A stretch of 64,000 bases of DNA. Origin: an uncultured Actinomycetes bacterium. Lineage in GTDB: Bacteria; Actinomycetota; Actinomycetes; Nanopelagicales; Nanopelagicaceae. Positions 59,313-64,000 of this stretch are shown here, piece after piece. A program made the position numbers and the translations under genes. How positions within the stretch are numbered: the first letter of the stretch is position 1; every line of letters starts with the position of its first letter. The notes under the pieces were generated by a model. That model searched no databases, was not told the origin of the DNA, and worked only from the letters and a program-made list of their open reading frames with translations. The stretch covers positions 4,650-68,649 of the forward strand of contig CAIYRR010000022.1 in assembly GCA_903928745.1 (NCBI GenBank), in the 5' to 3' direction.

Positions 59313-60325
59313 TAGTCGCCCCTTGCTCTCGTTTTAGGATCAAGCGCGTCACGCACCGCATCACCGTAAAGATTCAAGGCAGCTGCGGTAAAGACAATCA
59401 TTAGACCTGGGGCTAGGCCGACAATCGGACGTGTGTACAAAAGTGCCAAGCCATCGTTAATAATCGTTCCCCAAGAGGCTGCAGGTGGTTGAACTCCAAT
59501 AGAGAGGAAAGAAAGCGCAGACTCGGTCAACATGGAAAGCGAAACGATAATAGGGATAAAGACGATCACACTTGGCATGACGTTTGGAAGAATCTCGCGA
59601 AAAATAATTGTCGAATGCTTTGCACCAGATCCGACTGCGGCGCGAACAAATTCGCGCTCTCGTAGCGCCAAAACTTGTGCACGAATTGGCCGCGCGACAT
59701 AGGGAATGTAAACAACACCAATGATGAGAATAGGTAATGCAAATGAACCGGGTCCAAGGTGAATGAAACCAATAGTTAAACCGGAGGTGAGAAGAACTAC
59801 TGAAAGACTTATCGCCAGCAAATAGACGGGAAAAGCCCAAATAATGTCCAAAATGCGGGAGAGGACAGCGTCAATCCACCCTCGTCGATAGCCAGCAACA
59901 ATGCCAATAAGCAATGAGAAGAAGATGCAGAGTAAACCTGCTGTTGTGCCAATGATTAACGTGCTTCTGCCACCGTATAACAAACGAGCCATAACGTCTC
60001 GGCCTTGACCATCCGCGCCAAGAAAGTAACTGCGAATATTCCAAGTTGGACCAATGGGTGTGACGCCTAGACCCAACCCAGTTGTCGATGGTTGCAGTAC
60101 CGCAGTCTCAACTCCATGGACATTAATAGTTGCATTAAGAGTTGATTCAAAAGGATTCGTATCGGCAATAAAGTGAGAAAAAACTGGCGCCATAAAAGAC
60201 AAGAAAACAATCACTCCAAGAATTGATAAGGAGATTATTGAACGCTTGTCTTTGCGCAGGATGCGCAAAGCGATCTTCCCCGGTGATTCGGAGAAGATCG
60301 CTTCGCTACTATCCTTTAACGCCAC
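59312..60325 (-). CDS. ABC peptide-type permease (DppC/OppC-like)
   Basis: 337 aa with the N-terminal extension typical of OppC. Confidence 0.9.
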   Translation of the reverse strand: MALKDSSEAIFSESPGKIALRILRKDKRSIISLSILGVIVFLSFMAPVFSHFIADTNPFESTLNATINVHGVETAVLQPSTTGLGLGVTPIGPTWNIRSYFLGADGQGRDVMARLLYGGRSTLIIGTTAGLLCIFFSLLIGIVAGYRRGWIDAVLSRILDIIWAFPVYLLAISLSVVLLTSGLTIGFIHLGPGSFALPILIIGVVYIPYVARPIRAQVLALREREFVRAAVGSGAKHSTIIFREILPNVMPSVIVFIPIIVSLSMLTESALSFLSIGVQPPAASWGTIINDGLALLYTRPIVGLAPGLMIVFTAAALNLYGDAVRDALDPKTRARGD

Positions 60326-60365
60326 TTTCTTCTTTACCTACTCTTCGTACCTAGTTTCTGTTGAT

Positions 60366-62081
60366 TTACTTAACTTGAATTTGGGAGACGAACATTTTGT
60401 ACTGGAGTGAGAACAAATAGTTCTTGGTTCCAGATGAAATGAAGTCCAGTTGCTTTGGAGTAAATACCACCGCAACAGGGGCATCGGCCATAACTTCTTG
60501 ATCGATTGCTCCCCACATCTTGTTAGCTGCAACAGGATCCGTCAAACCAAGAGTCTTGGCCTTAGTCATCTTCGCATCCAGAGCCTTGTTGCAATACCCG
60601 GACATGTTGATGGAGGAATCAGATTTTGGCGTGAATGATGCGCAACCAAGGAGTACATCCAAGAAATCAGAAGCGGCAGGATAATCCTGGTACCACTGAG
60701 TGACGGAGATTTGAACCTTGTTGCTCGTGTTCTGGATATAAGTAAATTGAATATTTCCAGAAATTGGTTTCACTGTTGCCTTGTATCCAATTGAAGTCAA
60801 AACAGATTGTAGATAAACACCCATCTGCTTATTCACATCATCATCAGATACAACAATTCCAACTGCCTGACCCGCAGTACCTGATTCCTTCACCAATTGC
60901 TTGGCGAGGGCTAGATCAGGGGCTGTCCATGCCTTTGCAGGCTTGGCCGGTGTTGCACCCTTTGTATAACCGCAGAAATCAACGTGTCCTGGGAAGTTTG
61001 GTGGCAAGAATGAACAGACAGGGCCTGCTAATTGAGTTCCACCGAATATCTTCACCATTGCAGCGCGATCGATTGCATAGTTAACAGCCTGACGTGCTTT
61101 GAGATTGTTAAATGGTGCGATGTTTACGTTCATTGGCAAATACCACATGGCTGTCAATGGATTGACGTGAACCTGTGAGGCGTATTTGGTTCCGATTTCA
61201 TTGAGGCGATCGGCAGGAATCGGATCGTATCCCCAGTTAGCTTGGTTGTTCTCTACTGCAGTTACCTGAGCAGTTGGAGTGATTCCAAACTTATACAAGA
61301 TCTGATCTGGGTATCCCTGTGGTTGGGCCTGGTGCGACCATTCCTTGTAATAAGGATTGCGAACCATGACAAGTGCCTTGTTTGGGTCATATGACTTAAA
61401 CATGTATGCACCTGTTGTTGGAATGATTGTTGTTCCGGCATCCTTAGATGGCGCAGATGCTGGGTTGATTACTGCGTGAGGAACGGCCAACTTAGAAAGA
61501 ATTGTTTCGTCAGCTGCCTTGAGGTTGATGACCACTGTGTTCTTGGCTGCATCAACAACGACGCCCTTATCGAGCTTGCACGTTGCAGGCTTCGCTAAGC
61601 AAGCATCTGCGCCAACGATTCCGTTATAAAAGGAACCAGCTGTTGGTGAAGATACTTTAAAGATGCGCTCGAATGAAGCCTTTACATCTGCAACAGTGAC
61701 AGGCTTTCCATCTGAGAATTTAATACCTGAGCGAAGTCTAAATGTAAGTGTCTTGCCACCATTGCTGGTAGCAGGAAGTGCTTCTGCAAGATCTGGGACA
61801 ACTTGGAAAGTTGTCGCACCAGTTCCATAACTAAAAGTTAAGAGACCGTCATATGTGGCCTGATAAAGCTGCCAAAATTCAGCGGTGTAGTTAACTTTAG
61901 GATCAAGAGTTCCTGCGGCTGCCTGCGCAACCAACGTTACTGTTCCGCCGGCGTGCTTGGCATCATATGGAGCAAGCGGTGCTGACGTTGCTGCTGATGC
62001 GGATGAAGTTCCGACAAGTGCGGAAACCAGAAGAGCCGCAACTCCCATTGCTGAACTGAGTACTTTTGTGTGACGATGCAC
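60366..62081 (-). CDS. ABC transporter substrate-binding protein, family 5 (peptide/nickel type)
   Basis: 571 aa with the Sec signal peptide AALLVSALVGTSSASA. First gene of the operon. Confidence 0.9.
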   Translation of the reverse strand: MHRHTKVLSSAMGVAALLVSALVGTSSASAATSAPLAPYDAKHAGGTVTLVAQAAAGTLDPKVNYTAEFWQLYQATYDGLLTFSYGTGATTFQVVPDLAEALPATSNGGKTLTFRLRSGIKFSDGKPVTVADVKASFERIFKVSSPTAGSFYNGIVGADACLAKPATCKLDKGVVVDAAKNTVVINLKAADETILSKLAVPHAVINPASAPSKDAGTTIIPTTGAYMFKSYDPNKALVMVRNPYYKEWSHQAQPQGYPDQILYKFGITPTAQVTAVENNQANWGYDPIPADRLNEIGTKYASQVHVNPLTAMWYLPMNVNIAPFNNLKARQAVNYAIDRAAMVKIFGGTQLAGPVCSFLPPNFPGHVDFCGYTKGATPAKPAKAWTAPDLALAKQLVKESGTAGQAVGIVVSDDDVNKQMGVYLQSVLTSIGYKATVKPISGNIQFTYIQNTSNKVQISVTQWYQDYPAASDFLDVLLGCASFTPKSDSSINMSGYCNKALDAKMTKAKTLGLTDPVAANKMWGAIDQEVMADAPVAVVFTPKQLDFISSGTKNYLFSLQYKMFVSQIQVK

Positions 62082-62168
62082 TGAACACCTCCATTAACTT
62101 TCACTAGTAAAGGCTTATGCTCTCACCATCTACAAGATTTAGCACTAGGAAGCAGGAGAAAACGGGAA

Positions 62169-63119
62169 ATGATACAAGAACGTAACACAGCGATTTTCAG
62201 TGGCGCCGACCATTACCTTTCCCGTGACAATCATTTCTTTTCATTTAGTGCCCGCCATGCGCCTGCTCTCACCGTCTTGCCCGGTGACGTGATCCATGTG
62301 CAAACGTGGGATTGCTATAGAGGCGCCATTACTAATTCAGAGAACGCACTTGCCACAATCCCAGATAACGAGATTAATCCTGCGACGGGGCCCATCTTTA
62401 TTACGGGTGCAGAACCTGGCGACACGTTATTGGTGACGATTCTCGACATTAAGACGGGCGCTCGTGGAGTGGCCCGAACGTATCCGGACAATGGACAACT
62501 TCATCATTTGATTGAAAAACAATATGCGCGATTTTTTGACGTCCATGACGGTGTCGTCACCATGAATGAAAAGGTTTCATTTCCTGCCACTCCAATGCTC
62601 GGTGTAATTGGCGTTGCACCAGAGTCGGGAGAAATATCTACTCTCCCCGCAGGAAAACATGGTGGGAACCTGGATAACAATATGAACGGCATTGGTGCAA
62701 CCATTTATCTCCCCGTGAAACATCCTGGTGCTCTCCTTTCTATGGGAGACATGCACGCATCGATGGGCGATGGAGAAATATGTGGCACCGGAATTGAAAT
62801 CGCTGGCGATGTTCTCATCCGCGTTGAGCTCTTAAAAGCAAAGGGAACAGAATTTCCTGTGACTGAAAATGCATCGTCCTGGATGACGCACGGAGTTGCC
62901 AATGAAGATATTCCTGCTGCCATGCAGATTGCATGCGAGGAAGCAGCCGGTCTTTTGGTAAAGGAATGGGGATTCACGATTGAAGACGCATTTATTTTCC
63001 TATCAGTCCAAGGTAATCTCGGTTTAGCGCAGGCAGTCCATCCAAGTACTGGGACAGTGATTGCAAAGATGACCGTTCCTAAGATTCAAGCATGTCCATC
63101 ACCATTTAGTGTTGCTTAA
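62169..63119 (+). CDS. acetamidase/formamidase family protein (paralog 2)
   Basis: 316 aa. It shares GDMHASMGDGEI and an identical 15-aa run EWGFTIEDAFIFLSV with paralog 1. Confidence 0.87.
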   Translation: MIQERNTAIFSGADHYLSRDNHFFSFSARHAPALTVLPGDVIHVQTWDCYRGAITNSENALATIPDNEINPATGPIFITGAEPGDTLLVTILDIKTGARGVARTYPDNGQLHHLIEKQYARFFDVHDGVVTMNEKVSFPATPMLGVIGVAPESGEISTLPAGKHGGNLDNNMNGIGATIYLPVKHPGALLSMGDMHASMGDGEICGTGIEIAGDVLIRVELLKAKGTEFPVTENASSWMTHGVANEDIPAAMQIACEEAAGLLVKEWGFTIEDAFIFLSVQGNLGLAQAVHPSTGTVIAKMTVPKIQACPSPFSVA

Positions 63120-63146
63120 TACAACTTCGAAGGTAAGGGGAATCTG

Positions 63147-64000
63147 ATGTACGAGTCTTCAATGAAATGGAAGCACGGTCATACTTGGTATCGCGTGCTG
63201 GGAGATCTCCACAACGGCAGGACCCCAGTCATTCTCTTGCATGGCGGACCTGGTGTCGGTCACAATTATTTAGAAGCCGCTGCTGATCTCATCCTGCAAA
63301 GTGGTCGTGCCTGTGTGCTCTATGACCAATTGGGATGTGGCAATTCGACACTTATTCCTGATGCACCAAAAGAATTCTGGACTCCTGAATTATTTATGGA
63401 AGAACTAGACCTACTCACCAAGGAACTCGGAGTAGAAAAGGATTACGCCATCCTTGGTCAATCTTGGGGCGGAATGTTAGGCATGCAATATGCCATCGGT
63501 CGCCCTGCTGGACTCGCTGCGATGGTGGTGGCGGATTCACCCTCCAGCATGGAAGTTTGGGTGAGTGAAGCCAACAAACTTCGTGCGCAATTGCCTCCAG
63601 AGAATCAAGCAATACTTCTCAAGCACGAAACAGAAGGCACAACCGATGACCCGGCTTACGAGCAAGCGATGGAGCTTTTCTACTCCCGTCATGTGTGTCG
63701 CGTGCCAATGCCACCGAGTGTTCTCGCATCCTTTGCGCTGCTGAAAATCGATCCAACGGTTTATTACACGATGAATGGGCCTAGCGAATTTCACACAATT
63801 GGTTCACTTCGGACTTGGGACATTACTGATCGTCTTTCCAATATCAATGTGCCCACTCTCCTAGTCTCAGGGCAATATGACGAGGCAACGCCATTTATGG
63901 TCGCCGAAATTCATAAGCGGATCCCTGGGTCCCTCTGGCATCTCTTCCCTGAGTCATCGCATATGCCACATATTGAAGAGCCTGCACTATTCAAACGAAT
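63147..64000 (+). CDS. pip: proline iminopeptidase-type alpha/beta hydrolase, 3'-partial
   Basis: I translated it by hand from ATG 63147 (RBS AGGTAAGGGG). It is open to the window end and so is absent from the ORF track. It has the HGGPG oxyanion motif and the GQSWGG nucleophile elbow. Confidence 0.82.
   Translation, partial: MYESSMKWKHGHTWYRVLGDLHNGRTPVILLHGGPGVGHNYLEAAADLILQSGRACVLYDQLGCGNSTLIPDAPKEFWTPELFMEELDLLTKELGVEKDYAILGQSWGGMLGMQYAIGRPAGLAAMVVADSPSSMEVWVSEANKLRAQLPPENQAILLKHETEGTTDDPAYEQAMELFYSRHVCRVPMPPSVLASFALLKIDPTVYYTMNGPSEFHTIGSLRTWDITDRLSNINVPTLLVSGQYDEATPFMVAEIHKRIPGSLWHLFPESSHMPHIEEPALFKR

Noticed and set aside
63415-63794. Minus-strand ORFs 63415..63612 and 63537..63794.
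   Set aside because: They are antisense to the hand-translated proline iminopeptidase frame, which carries HGGPG and GQSWGG and is open to the window end.

Overview
This is a gene-dense 64-kb chromosomal segment, roughly nine-tenths coding by eye, with many 1-23 nt start/stop overlaps and about 65 protein genes. I saw no rRNA, tRNA, CRISPR array, transposase, integrase or recognisable defence gene.

Gene content suggests a streamlined, moderate/low-GC actinobacterium. The pointers are a GlnA2-type glutamine synthetase, MarR/TetR/SorC regulators, a Lys/Ala-rich histone-like protein, a Mak-family kinase and heterodimeric ABC exporters. The taxon is inference only.

Modules in order:
- two Thr/Ser-rich secreted paralogs
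- glnA, cysK-cysE, nadE
- an MFS transporter, a histone-like protein, and MarR with a divergent M13 peptidase
- tgt with a degenerate IspD paralog, converging on ispD and a zinc-ribbon gene
- about 10 kb of co-directional genes: acetoin-dehydrogenase-like E1 alpha/beta, an E2-like protein, ptsI, a SorC regulator, gutM, a glucitol-type PTS and a SAF-domain oxidoreductase, with ptsH divergent
- a DHA2 MFS transporter and an ABC-F ATPase
- a polyamine module (decarboxylase, PatD-like aldehyde dehydrogenase, FAD oxidoreductase, Pot-type ABC importer)
- a TetR / GT1 / Mak-like kinase / SIS operon
- two ABC exporters, then tdh-kbl
- HMA, DsbA, phosphodiesterase and TrhO genes
- an SQR / TusE-DsrC-like / DsrE-like sulfur module
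- three GNAT genes, an MFS gene with an in-frame TGA, diaminopropionate ammonia-lyase and an AlkD-like gene
- an Opp/Dpp-type ABC importer flanked by two formamidase/acetamidase paralogs, then a partial proline iminopeptidase

The most unusual observations:
1. A lipoyl-bearing E2 whose catalytic His and Ser are both replaced. It lies 26 nt upstream of ptsI on the same strand, next to a rearranged glucitol PTS operon that lacks an SDR-type sorbitol-6-phosphate dehydrogenase.
2. A leaderless Cys-codon uORF with a stop-overlapping hairpin in front of cysK-cysE.
3. The TetR / GT1 / maltokinase-family kinase / SIS operon.
4. Twin amidases bracketing a peptide-type ABC importer.

Everything here comes from reading the sequence and the ORF translations. 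No database search was run.
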